From: Fastidiosibacter lacustris
GTDB taxonomy: Bacteria; Pseudomonadota; Gammaproteobacteria; Francisellales; Francisellaceae
NCBI RefSeq assembly: GCF_003428155.1
Contig: NZ_QLIR01000017.1
Coordinates: 1-32,000 of the forward strand
Direction: 5' to 3'
Length of the DNA: 32,000 nucleotides
Shown here: piece by piece, positions 18,761 to 27,819 of the stretch
Layout of the letters: each line of letters starts with the position of its first letter
Numbering within the stretch: position 1 is the first letter of the stretch
Notes under the pieces: generated by a model
What the model was told of the DNA's origin: nothing
Databases searched by the model: none
Seen by the model: the letters and a program-made list of their open reading frames with translations, nothing else
Position numbers and translations under genes: made by a program

Positions 18761-19057
18761 ATGCATCACTATAGTGAAAGTGAGGTTATAAATTACTTCA
18801 ATCAACTTTCATATGCTAAAAAACAGAAATTCTTGCAAGTAGCAGAGAACGTCTATATCCAAAAAGAGCTAAATTATATTAGCTTCTTATGCCAGATAGC
18901 CAATATAACCGCAGAGAAACGAGATATTAATCTTATTCTAAAACTAGCAGCTAATCATTTTTTAAAGGTTGTTGACAGTGAATCAACAACAATAATCTCA
19001 TACGTTATGCCAGACAACATGCATTATTTTGCTAAATACTTACACAAGGGTAGATGA
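18761..19057 (+). CDS. Hypothetical 98-aa protein, no recognisable motif
   Basis: GGAGG lies 8 nt upstream of the ATG, and its stop abuts the next gene's ATG (TGAATG). No family recognised by eye. Confidence 0.5.
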   Translation: MHHYSESEVINYFNQLSYAKKQKFLQVAENVYIQKELNYISFLCQIANITAEKRDINLILKLAANHFLKVVDSESTTIISYVMPDNMHYFAKYLHKGR

Positions 19058-20272
19058 ATGAAGAATTTAAACTGGATTGTGCCATATTACCTATCTCGAG
19101 CATTTTCTACTGCGAGCTTTGATCGAGGGATTTTCGTATTGTTCTTGCTCTATAAGGACTTTGACACCGCTCAAATTGGGATATTACAAATTATATTCTA
19201 TGTGGGTAATATACTCATAAGTATACCGATGGGATTGCTTGCGGATAGATTTGGTTATCGCAAGGTCATGTTATTGGCGCTTTTCATGATGTCATTAGAT
19301 GCTGTATTACAAATTATGCTTGGCGGCTTTATGATTTTTGCTATCATTTTCGCATTAAAGGGAGCGATGTTTGCAATTATGGTAAGTGTTCCACAATCCT
19401 TCTTTTTTGCTAAATTAAAATCTCTTAATCAAACCCATTTACATATCAGACTTTTAGGGCAAGTGAGGGCAATTGAGTACATTTCTTTAGCAGTCGCCAT
19501 ATTTATTGGCGGATTCTTGCAGTCTATTTCTTGGGAAGCGGTTTATTTAAGCTATGCTGTATTCATGGTTCTAGGTGCCATATGCCTAGGTTTAGTAAGC
19601 GATATAAAAAAAGAAAAGAATATAGCACAAGAAATTACTTCTGAGATGAGTATCCTTAAAAACGCTCAACAGTTTAAAACTTTTCTATGTGAAAAATCTA
19701 ATGCGCCGCTCGCTATTCTTGCATTTGCTTTTGCTTGTCTGCAAGGCGTCATAACCCCTTACTTTGTTTTTGCTCAGGAACTGTTTAACTGGTATGGCAT
19801 GTCTGTTGCGGGTATTAGTACGCTATTTGCTATCATCACAGCCACATCAGGTGTTGCAGTAGTTGTCGCGCATAGGATTACGCGCCTGTTTTCTTTCTCT
19901 ACAGTTAGTTATGTTACAGTCATACTTTTATGGGTAGTCTTGCTTTTAAATATTGTGCCATCGCTGAGCTTGGCTATATGTCTTTTTATTATGGCAATGG
20001 TTATTCCAGAAATAGCAATTATTCTATTTGCTGATTACATCCAACATTCTTTACCAAATGAGATTAGAGCAACCGTAACCTCCGTAATTTGGATGCTTGA
20101 GATAACGTTGACTTCTCTAGGCTACGCCTTATTTGGGGGACTATTTTTGCTGGTGACACCAAACATTGCAATTGCGTTATTTTCTTTTATCGCATTATTT
20201 GTTTTGCTGTTAATGTATATGGTCTTTACTAAATTCAAAATCTCCAAATTTCAAGTGGTGGAAACCACATGA
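19058..20272 (+). CDS. MFS transporter
   Basis: MFS loop 2-3 motif GLLADRFGYRKVM, with about 12 hydrophobic segments in 404 aa. Confidence 0.8.
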   Translation: MKNLNWIVPYYLSRAFSTASFDRGIFVLFLLYKDFDTAQIGILQIIFYVGNILISIPMGLLADRFGYRKVMLLALFMMSLDAVLQIMLGGFMIFAIIFALKGAMFAIMVSVPQSFFFAKLKSLNQTHLHIRLLGQVRAIEYISLAVAIFIGGFLQSISWEAVYLSYAVFMVLGAICLGLVSDIKKEKNIAQEITSEMSILKNAQQFKTFLCEKSNAPLAILAFAFACLQGVITPYFVFAQELFNWYGMSVAGISTLFAIITATSGVAVVVAHRITRLFSFSTVSYVTVILLWVVLLLNIVPSLSLAICLFIMAMVIPEIAIILFADYIQHSLPNEIRATVTSVIWMLEITLTSLGYALFGGLFLLVTPNIAIALFSFIALFVLLLMYMVFTKFKISKFQVVETT

Positions 20273-20350
20273 GATTTCAAGTATAAGCAACCTTTTTGAT
20301 GGATTAAAGTACACCTTGAACTACTTAAAGAGAGAAGAGCGCTTATGGTT

Positions 20351-21133
20351 TTAAGACAACACAATCACTTTACTATTTTTGTTCTTTAATTCAATAAGCT
20401 CAGCCTGTGTTTGGAATGCTTGATAAATATAATTTGATACTAATAAATTCTCCGTTTTATTAAAACCCAGCATCTGCCCATTTTTTAGTAGCACACTTTC
20501 CTGATAGTATTGAAGAGCAATATTTAAGTCATGCCCTATAACAAGTACACCAAGTTCATATTTTTTAGCAAGATTTGACAGAATATTTAAGGTTTGACGT
20601 TGATAATAAATATCCATGTGCGCACTGTATTCATCTAAAAGCAAATAACCTTCATACTCAGAATTCTCTTGACTAAGTTGTACCAGTGCACGAGCAAGCT
20701 GTACACGCTGACGCTCACCTCCAGATAATTGCATATAATTTTTAGTGCAAAAACAGCTACTGTCTAGTAATGACAAGGCTTTCATTGCCTTGGCATAGTC
20801 TTTTTCTTTGAAATCACCATTACAATAAGCTAATCTACCCAATAACACATAATCAATAACCTTAATGTCTCCTAGTACCTGCTCATGTTGACTGACAAAC
20901 GCCATTTTCTGGCTAAGTGTTATTCTTGGCATTTGAGACAGACATTCGCCATCTATCATAATCTGACCAAGGTAATGGGGATACTCTCCTGTGATTACTT
21001 TTAGTAAAGTTGATTTTCCTGCACCATTTGCACCTAAAATACCTGTAATCTGTCCTTTTGCCACTGTCATTGAAATATCATGTAATATCACTTTATTCCC
21101 AAGCTTAAGGCTAACCTCATTTAGTACCAACAT
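20351..21133 (-). CDS. hmuV: Hemin ABC transporter ATPase
   Basis: Walker A GANGAGKST, signature LSGGERQRVQLARAL, Walker B LLLDEYSAHMD (atypical DEY rather than DEP). The ATG at 21133 lies 1 nt after the hmuU stop; the track start at 21193 lies inside hmuU. Confidence 0.85.
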   Translation of the reverse strand: MLVLNEVSLKLGNKVILHDISMTVAKGQITGILGANGAGKSTLLKVITGEYPHYLGQIMIDGECLSQMPRITLSQKMAFVSQHEQVLGDIKVIDYVLLGRLAYCNGDFKEKDYAKAMKALSLLDSSCFCTKNYMQLSGGERQRVQLARALVQLSQENSEYEGYLLLDEYSAHMDIYYQRQTLNILSNLAKKYELGVLVIGHDLNIALQYYQESVLLKNGQMLGFNKTENLLVSNYIYQAFQTQAELIELKNKNSKVIVLS

Positions 21134-21134
21134 G

Positions 21135-22190
21135 TTAACTACCTCTTTGTACTTTCTGACTAAACAACAGATAAATAAAATAAGGTGCACCAATTAAAGC
21201 TGTCATCAATCCAATCGGTAACTCTGCAGGCGCCAAAACCGTACGTGATAAAACATCGGCAACAGTCAATAATAATGCACCAAAAATACTAGCTAATAGC
21301 ATTAAATGCTTGTGTTCAACTCCGATTAAAAAACGTACGATATGAGGCACAACCAGACCTACAAAAGCAATCGGACCTGCAACAGCAGTGCTACTGCCTA
21401 CCAATAGTGCAATGGCAATAATACTTTTAAATTTCTGCTTTTGAATATTTACGCCTAACATACGTGCAAAGCTTTCTCCAGCAATCATTGCATTAAGATA
21501 TTTAGCCGTATTGGAAAGTAGGAAAACACTCATAATCACACAAGGGACTAAGAACATGACCTGTCCCCAGTCAATATTAGCCAAACTCCCCATACTCCAA
21601 AAAGTAATGCTACGTAAAATGCTATCATCTGACAAATAAATCATCACACCAATTAATGCGCCACATAAAGCATTAATTGCCACTCCTGCCAATACCAAAA
21701 GACCAAGGTTACTTTGTCCCTTTGTCACAGATAGTAAATATGTTAAAAAAGTCACAACTAAGCTTCCAGCAAAGGCACTCAAGCCTAATCCCCATGTCAC
21801 TAAAAAAACTGTTTGAGTGATACTTGAAGCCAATAGCAAAAATAAAATTGCAAATAACGATGCACCACTGGTCATTCCTAATAGTGCTGGGTCAGCTAAA
21901 GGATTACGAAATAACCCCTGCATGGTTACACCTGATAATGCTAACGCCGCACCGATTACCATTGTTGCTAACAAACGCGGTAATCGTAGCTCAACGATAA
22001 CTTTCTGCATCAGACTATTTGTGTCAAATACTTGTATCCAACTGATATGAAAAGCACCAAATTGAATGGATAAAAATGCAGACATAGCGAGTAACAATAA
22101 CAAAGCTATTATCCATAATCGGTATTTATTTCGCTGTACTTGAAAAAGCTTTTGTGCATTTATTATTGACTGGTGACTTACTTGATTCAT
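21135..22190 (-). CDS. hmuU: FecCD-family permease of the hemin ABC transporter
   Basis: 351-aa polytopic protein with the typical FecCD layout (ELRLPRLLATMVIGAALALSG, GPIAFVGLVVPHIVR). ATGA overlap with hmuT. Confidence 0.88.
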   Translation of the reverse strand: MNQVSHQSIINAQKLFQVQRNKYRLWIIALLLLLAMSAFLSIQFGAFHISWIQVFDTNSLMQKVIVELRLPRLLATMVIGAALALSGVTMQGLFRNPLADPALLGMTSGASLFAILFLLLASSITQTVFLVTWGLGLSAFAGSLVVTFLTYLLSVTKGQSNLGLLVLAGVAINALCGALIGVMIYLSDDSILRSITFWSMGSLANIDWGQVMFLVPCVIMSVFLLSNTAKYLNAMIAGESFARMLGVNIQKQKFKSIIAIALLVGSSTAVAGPIAFVGLVVPHIVRFLIGVEHKHLMLLASIFGALLLTVADVLSRTVLAPAELPIGLMTALIGAPYFIYLLFSQKVQRGS

Positions 22191-23032
22191 GCCTCATATA
22201 CCTTCTTGGCAAGTTGTAAAACTGTATCCCCAAAAGATGCACCAAAATTATCTAAGCTTGCAGCATGAATAGTAGTGATTTTTGTTTGATTTTGTTTATG
22301 TAAATATTCTAGTATTTCAGCATATGGCAACGGCATGTTATTTATAGCTTGAGCAACAATAACAACGTCTGGTTTTAATATCATTAACCCCTCTTTAGAT
22401 GCTGGACGCATCCCTTTAAATGACAGTATGTTTTGTGCACCAATTAAACTTAGCCAACGATTACTTTGTGTATCTGTGCCCAACATGTAGACATTACTTG
22501 CGGCTATTTGTAATAAAACGAGCACCTTTTTTGGCTTATATTGATCAATAATTTTAATTGCTGACTGTAATTTTTGATCCATTTCTTCTAATATAACCCT
22601 AGCTTCTGTGTGTTTGGCTAATGCCTTTGCAACCATAGTAATATTTGCTTTTACATCTGATAAACCCTTAACTTCCTTAAGACTAATAACCTCTATGTTA
22701 AAGTTACTCAAACGCTTAATAACTGAAATAGGAGAAGCTGCTGCATCTGCAATAACTAAATTTGGCTGTAAGCTGACAATACCCTCAATCGTTAAAGCAC
22801 GCATGTAACCAATATCTTTTACCTTTCCTACATTTTCCATAAGCTCAGAATTTCTTGATTGTTTATTACCTATAAACTCAATACTTTCGCTATCAGCACC
22901 AACTATACTTTTTTCGCCTAATGCCACTGCAATTGAACTTGCACTTGGACCAATTGTAACCACTTTACTGGCATACGCACTAAATGTACTCAACCAAAGA
23001 CCAATCATAATTAACCAGAATTTCTTATCCAC
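22187..23032 (-). CDS. hmuT: Periplasmic hemin-binding protein (cluster-8 SBP, Peripla_BP_2-like)
   Basis: Signal peptide MDKKFWLIMIGLWLSTFSAYA/S (GTG start), followed by KVVTIGPSASSIAVALGEKSIVGAD, typical of HmuT/BtuF-type SBPs. Sits between tonB and hmuU. Confidence 0.78.
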   Translation of the reverse strand: MDKKFWLIMIGLWLSTFSAYASKVVTIGPSASSIAVALGEKSIVGADSESIEFIGNKQSRNSELMENVGKVKDIGYMRALTIEGIVSLQPNLVIADAAASPISVIKRLSNFNIEVISLKEVKGLSDVKANITMVAKALAKHTEARVILEEMDQKLQSAIKIIDQYKPKKVLVLLQIAASNVYMLGTDTQSNRWLSLIGAQNILSFKGMRPASKEGLMILKPDVVIVAQAINNMPLPYAEILEYLHKQNQTKITTIHAASLDNFGASFGDTVLQLAKKVYEA

Positions 23033-23705
23033 CTATTTGCTCCTGTAAGTTAAATGAAACTACCTGCACCACTTTTGTAGATACCACTTTGCCTTGACTT
23101 AATGCAGGGGTAAATTTTAACTTTTTAAACCACTTAATTGCTGCTTGATCTAATGCTTGAAAACCACTTGATTGAATAATTTTCAACTCTCCAACTGCAC
23201 CTGTTATTGTAATGTTGGCCTCAATTTTTACCTTTCCTTGTTCATTATTGTTAATTGCAGTAATTGGGTAATTTAATTTAGGTGGGGTATAAGCAAGCTT
23301 AGGCTGTCGTGTAATTTCAACCACTGCTTGCTGAGTTTTTACTGATTCTTCATGTTGTTTGAGTGCATGTTCTTTCATTTTTTTATAATCACTATGATGG
23401 AGCTTAGTTTCTTTTTTTGTTTTTGTCGTAGCTATAATCTTTTCATCTAATTTCTGCTTATCTATTGACGTATTTGCAAGCTTTAGCTCTTGTGGTGGTT
23501 GTGATAAGTTTTTTTGTACTTTTGCTTGAGACTCTTGTGAAAGCGTGATGCTTTGTAATATTTGCTTAAGTTGCTGTGACTGTAATTGGCTTTCGCCAAG
23601 TTGCCACTTTGTAAGGGAATTTGAGCTTAAAACGCCTAATATCGCTAAATTCACTGCAAATGAACCTAGAGCTGCCACAATAAGTTTTAAATAACCTTCA
23701 AACAT
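23025..23705 (-). CDS. tonB: TonB-family energy transducer
   Basis: N-terminal TM anchor LIVAALGSFAVNLAILGVL, a long Q/K/E-rich linker, and a C-terminal TonB_C-like domain YPITAINNNEQGKVKIEANITITGAVGELKIIQSSGFQALDQAAIKWFKKLKFTPA. Confidence 0.75.
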   Translation of the reverse strand: MFEGYLKLIVAALGSFAVNLAILGVLSSNSLTKWQLGESQLQSQQLKQILQSITLSQESQAKVQKNLSQPPQELKLANTSIDKQKLDEKIIATTKTKKETKLHHSDYKKMKEHALKQHEESVKTQQAVVEITRQPKLAYTPPKLNYPITAINNNEQGKVKIEANITITGAVGELKIIQSSGFQALDQAAIKWFKKLKFTPALSQGKVVSTKVVQVVSFNLQEQIGG

Positions 23706-23713
23706 GTATTTAC

Positions 23714-25792
23714 CTAAAAACGATAGCTAAGCTGAGCATAAATACTTCTACCGATTGCTGGCACCAAAGTACTGCCATCATAATCTTGATAGTATTGATC
23801 AAAAATATTGTCTACACCCGCCGATAAAGTAAGACCTTTAGCAAAACGCGGTTGCCATTGATAACTTAAGCCCAACAGTGCATAACCTGGTACTTTAGGT
23901 GTATTATTAGGCACATAGTTTTGCGCTAAGGCATAATCAAAACGTGTCTGCACAGTGCTATCGATCATCTTAATCGGCACAGCCAATGCAACCATTCCCT
24001 TAGCTTGTGGAATAGGTAAGGCACTGCCTGAAGGAATGATCTTGCCTCGATCATTAGTATATGCTGATTTGGTTTTCCCACGCGTATACGTGAAATTAGT
24101 CATTACATCAAACCAGTTGGTTTGATAGCCCGCTGATAAGTTAAATCCATAGATCTGCACTTTGGAAATATTAATGTTTTGATTAACTGCTGTTGGTGGT
24201 AGTGGTGGGTTAATAATAAGACTAACGTTACTATTTAGAATATAATCATCAATGTCATTTAAAAACACGTTGCCTGAAACACTTATTTTTTGTGTATCGG
24301 TTAAGTCTTGAGCATACACAAAACCAATTGTTTTATTATGCCCAATTTCAGGATTAAGGTTGGGACTTGGGATAAAGCGTAAAAATACATAACTACTATA
24401 AGGATGATTTCCACCTAAATATAAGTCTTGAATCGATGGAATTCGATAACCTTCTGTATAACCAATGTAGACCTTAAGTGGCGTAATAACCTGATAGCTG
24501 ATACTGGCTTGTTTAGTGAAAAATGAGCCATCGCTACTCAAATTACTACTTTGACTTTGATAACCATTAAATCGACCACCAATCGTTACATTTAGGCTTG
24601 AAATAATATCCCAACTATCTTGCAAATAGAAACTATAAAGCTGTTGGGTTGCGGTTGGAAAATTTGCACTTGTATTACTGTTATAACCATCATAACCATT
24701 AATAAAGTTATATTCACCACCATATAAAAGCCTCTGCTGAATAACTTTTGTATTATTCGAAAACATCACGCCTGTAGTGTTGACATTTATATCTTGAGGC
24801 AAGGCATAACCATTACCATTTGTAATGGGGGAAGAACTAAAATGATTCTCGTTATAATAGGCTTTGAAATTCAAATCAACATAAGGATTATTAGGGTTAA
24901 ATCGATAATTCAGCATACTTTGAGTTTGGAAATAATTAAAGTTAGAGCTTGGATTGGTAACTGAAGTTTGTTTATTTACCGTTGCAGGGTAAAGTCCTAC
25001 ATTTTGCATCGATAAAAAAGAAAGCTTTAACGTTTGTGCTTGCGAGATATTCCAAACGGTTTTTGCTAAATATTGCAGTTGATTACTTGCTGAATCAGAT
25101 AGGGTTTGACCATTACTTAAACGAACGTTATTATTTCGCACACCTACGATGTCAAATAAATAGCTTACATCTTTTGTTCTCAAAGCAAGACCAAGATTAG
25201 CATTACCGCTTTTATCACCCGTTGCCCCTTCTATTGCCACTTTACCACCAAAATTTTGATCATTTAAAATATCACTTGGCTCTAATGTCACAAAATTAAC
25301 AGCTCCCCCCAGGTTACCATTTCCATAAGTAATATCACCACCAGATTGACTAGCTGAAACTTGTTTATATAAGCTCTGATTAGGTAATAGTCTTGTCTGA
25401 TTATGTCCAAAAGAAGCCAGATTATTATTCACACCATCAATACCTACAAACACACGATCATCTGTGAGTCCTCCAATACTAACAGACTGTGAGATTGGTC
25501 GATTACCACCTATAGTTTGTACACCTGCCATTTCATTTAAAGCATGAATAGTTGATCCTACAGGATTACTAGGTGTTTGTACTGATAGATTAGGTAATAC
25601 CCTATCATTATCAGATGCTAGTGGTAGGGATATTGCTTTGTCTTTTAACTCTTCTGGCAAAGCTTTTTTAATTGCAAGCACTTGAATTTCATCTAGATCT
25701 AACACTCGCTGTTGTTCATTGTTTTGCTGTACTGCATGTGTGGCGTTAGCTATTATCAGCACAATAAAACTTACCAATAATTTTTTCTTCAT
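23714..25792 (-). CDS. TonB-dependent outer-membrane heme/hemoglobin receptor
   Basis: Signal peptide MKKKLLVSFIVLIIANATHA, TonB box LDEIQVLA, plug motifs, terminal ...AQLSYRF. Heme-receptor signature YRIPSIQDLY...GGNHP...SPNLNPE corresponds to the FRAP/NPNL boxes with an intervening His. The ATG at 25792 is preceded by AGGAA. Confidence 0.88.
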   Translation of the reverse strand: MKKKLLVSFIVLIIANATHAVQQNNEQQRVLDLDEIQVLAIKKALPEELKDKAISLPLASDNDRVLPNLSVQTPSNPVGSTIHALNEMAGVQTIGGNRPISQSVSIGGLTDDRVFVGIDGVNNNLASFGHNQTRLLPNQSLYKQVSASQSGGDITYGNGNLGGAVNFVTLEPSDILNDQNFGGKVAIEGATGDKSGNANLGLALRTKDVSYLFDIVGVRNNNVRLSNGQTLSDSASNQLQYLAKTVWNISQAQTLKLSFLSMQNVGLYPATVNKQTSVTNPSSNFNYFQTQSMLNYRFNPNNPYVDLNFKAYYNENHFSSSPITNGNGYALPQDINVNTTGVMFSNNTKVIQQRLLYGGEYNFINGYDGYNSNTSANFPTATQQLYSFYLQDSWDIISSLNVTIGGRFNGYQSQSSNLSSDGSFFTKQASISYQVITPLKVYIGYTEGYRIPSIQDLYLGGNHPYSSYVFLRFIPSPNLNPEIGHNKTIGFVYAQDLTDTQKISVSGNVFLNDIDDYILNSNVSLIINPPLPPTAVNQNINISKVQIYGFNLSAGYQTNWFDVMTNFTYTRGKTKSAYTNDRGKIIPSGSALPIPQAKGMVALAVPIKMIDSTVQTRFDYALAQNYVPNNTPKVPGYALLGLSYQWQPRFAKGLTLSAGVDNIFDQYYQDYDGSTLVPAIGRSIYAQLSYRF

Positions 25793-25854
25793 CGCTATTT
25801 CCTGTTTAAATTTGAAGGTTTTATTAAAATTCAAAGATAGTGATAAAACTCAGA

Positions 25855-26271
25855 TTATTTATTAACTTGTATATCTGCTGTTTTTAAGCCGAGTGCTTTC
25901 ACAAGTGCAAATACCTGCAATATTGTTTGTAATGGCAAATCTTTGTTAGCAGCAAGGCTTATACTATTTAATTTTTGTGTCTGCTGCTTGGTTTGTAAAT
26001 AAGCTTTCAATGAATCAAGCGTATTAAAATGCATACCATCAACCCTATAATCATCATTTGCTTGTAAATAAATGGTTACTAATTCAGTCTTAGTTTGTTC
26101 TGTCACATTGCCCTTGATTTCTGGCAATGGTAACTTGATTACATGCTGGATAGGTCCTGCTAATAAAACAAACATCACCAATAAAACCAAAATAAAGTCT
26201 AAAAGAGGAATTAAGTTTGGCTCATCTACCTCAAGACTTGCATGTTCATAATGACTGTGACTAATAATCAT
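25855..26271 (-). CDS. exbD: Biopolymer transport protein ExbD
   Basis: 138 aa with a single TM, NLIPLLDFILVLLVMFVLL, typical of ExbD/TolR. ATGA overlap with exbB. Confidence 0.85.
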   Translation of the reverse strand: MIISHSHYEHASLEVDEPNLIPLLDFILVLLVMFVLLAGPIQHVIKLPLPEIKGNVTEQTKTELVTIYLQANDDYRVDGMHFNTLDSLKAYLQTKQQTQKLNSISLAANKDLPLQTILQVFALVKALGLKTADIQVNK

Positions 26272-26927
26272 AAGGCGACTTGTGTTTTTAGATTAACCAT
26301 ATTGCTTTCTTTTTGCTTAAGCTTCCGCTCATGTTGACGATCTAAGCTAAGCAGCAAGTAATTCAGTGCTTCCTCGCAATTAGCAAGGTAGCGCTCACTA
26401 TATTGACGGAAGCTATAAAAAGCGAGCAAACTCATCAATGCTAAAGCGATACCAAAGGCAGTGGCATACATTGCTTGAGATAAATACGTGATCATGTTAT
26501 GTAACCCATTACCATCTAGCGATTGTGCTAAAGCTGCAAAAGAATGACTCATGCTCCAAATTGTTCCTAAAAGCCCGAGCATAGGTGAAATAACTGCAAA
26601 TAGGTTTAACCAAATAAGTGGTCGTTGCATACGTTGACGCTGTTTCCTAAGCAAAAGACAAAGCTCACTCTCAGCAATGTGTTTTGATTCGATAAAGAGT
26701 GGTTTTATGTATTTTAACAACGGTTTTTTAAGCTGACCTAAGCATGCATTAAGTTCTTTCTTATTGTCTTGATTGATTGCTAAAATCATATCAGAAACTC
26801 GTTTTAAATTTAGCTTTGGCAAGCTCAAAAAAGTTAATGCTCTTTCGATGCAAAGTGCCACAATAATAAAACTTACCACCAACATGGTATATCCGATTAC
26901 ACCAAATTGAGTAAAAAGATGATTCAT
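26268..26927 (-). CDS. exbB: MotA/TolQ/ExbB-family proton channel ExbB
   Basis: Three TMs and the conserved PMLGLLGTIWSMSHSF motif. Confidence 0.85.
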   Translation of the reverse strand: MNHLFTQFGVIGYTMLVVSFIIVALCIERALTFLSLPKLNLKRVSDMILAINQDNKKELNACLGQLKKPLLKYIKPLFIESKHIAESELCLLLRKQRQRMQRPLIWLNLFAVISPMLGLLGTIWSMSHSFAALAQSLDGNGLHNMITYLSQAMYATAFGIALALMSLLAFYSFRQYSERYLANCEEALNYLLLSLDRQHERKLKQKESNMVNLKTQVAL

Positions 26928-26932
26928 GACTG

Positions 26933-27745
26933 TTATACAACCTTTTCTAAAAACGTTTGTTCATTCATCGCCTGTTGCTGCTTTGCTTTTTTTGTCATTG
27001 CAACCAAAACGGCTCTTAACATCGACATATTGGTAACAACATGATCAAAAGAAATGTAATGATTCTTGTGTGTGCTTTGTAGCCACATTCCCTCCTGATC
27101 AAAGTAAATCATTTTAATGTCCGTATCTTTATCTTCTTTTTTAATGGCAAATAAATCACAATAAAGATGAAGTGCTGCTTGGTGATCTTGATTCATATGC
27201 TCAACCGCACTATTGATCATTTGTAGATTAAACGTTTGTAACAGGCAAAAATCCTCTTTAACTACCCAGTTGATATCGCCAAACCCACCAATAAAGCGAA
27301 CTTTTTCAATTGTTAGTCTATAAAAATGAAAATCGTGCATTTTATCTTGATAATGTGCTGAATCAGGGAAAAACTGCACATAAATTTTAGCTGCCTTTTC
27401 TTCATCTTGAGAAGGCACTAAACGTCCCATTATTGTCACACGTCCGGCTTGTTGAATATCTTGTTTATCATCCTCAATCACTGTTAAAGACACCTTATCA
27501 TCTTTAGCAATGTTACGTGTATGCTGAGCTAACTTACTGATATATAAAATCAAATCTCCTTGTTCATCAAAAGCATACTGCACTAAAGAACCAAATGGGT
27601 AGCCTGGCATAGCAATAGATTGAGTTGCTAATACACCATAAAGCTTTTGTTTCGCCAATTGTCTTGCCCGTATTGCAATTTGTTGTTTTTTACGTTCACT
27701 TGTATCTGATGATACTCCATGAACTGATAATTGTTCCTGCGTCAT
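26933..27745 (-). CDS. HugZ/COG0748-like heme utilisation protein: PNPOx-like split barrel plus C-terminal DUF2470-like region
   Basis: GVLATQSIAMPGYPFGSLVQYAFDEQGDLILYISKLAQHTRNI resembles the split-barrel core of HugZ/HutZ-type proteins. The C-terminal MNQDHQAALHLY resembles DUF2470. First gene of the heme operon, with RBS AGGAGA. Confidence 0.6.
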   Translation of the reverse strand: MTQEQLSVHGVSSDTSERKKQQIAIRARQLAKQKLYGVLATQSIAMPGYPFGSLVQYAFDEQGDLILYISKLAQHTRNIAKDDKVSLTVIEDDKQDIQQAGRVTIMGRLVPSQDEEKAAKIYVQFFPDSAHYQDKMHDFHFYRLTIEKVRFIGGFGDINWVVKEDFCLLQTFNLQMINSAVEHMNQDHQAALHLYCDLFAIKKEDKDTDIKMIYFDQEGMWLQSTHKNHYISFDHVVTNMSMLRAVLVAMTKKAKQQQAMNEQTFLEKVV

Positions 27746-27759
27746 AAATGTCTCCTAAT

Positions 27760-27778
27760 AAGAATGATAACCACTATC
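27760..27778. promoter_or_regulatory. Fur-box-like site 1
   Basis: AAGAATGATAACCACTATC matches 15 of 19 positions of GATAATGATAATCATTATC (counted by hand). Lies 15-33 nt upstream of the HugZ-like ATG. Confidence 0.5.
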
Positions 27779-27791
27779 AAATAGTGGTTAA

Positions 27792-27819
27792 ATGATAATG
27801 GTTATTATTTTTAAATCAA
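27792..27819 (-). promoter_or_regulatory. Candidate sigma70 promoter of the heme operon, overlapped by Fur-box-like site 2 (27794-27812)
   Basis: Minus-strand TTGATT, 16 nt, TATCAT. Plus-strand GATAATGGTTATTATTTTT at 27794-27812 matches 14 of 19 positions of the Fur consensus and covers the -10 element and spacer. Confidence 0.4.

Noticed and set aside
18685-18774. 24-29-codon mini-ORF (MTPSNIIKNYDSYQVDGGNLNASL) upstream of and overlapping the 98-aa ORF, as a possible leader peptide
   Set aside because: The SD spacing is poor for both candidate ATGs (0 nt and 14 nt from GGAG). There is no attenuator-like structure and no conservation evidence. It is mentioned only as context in the finding on 18685-20272.
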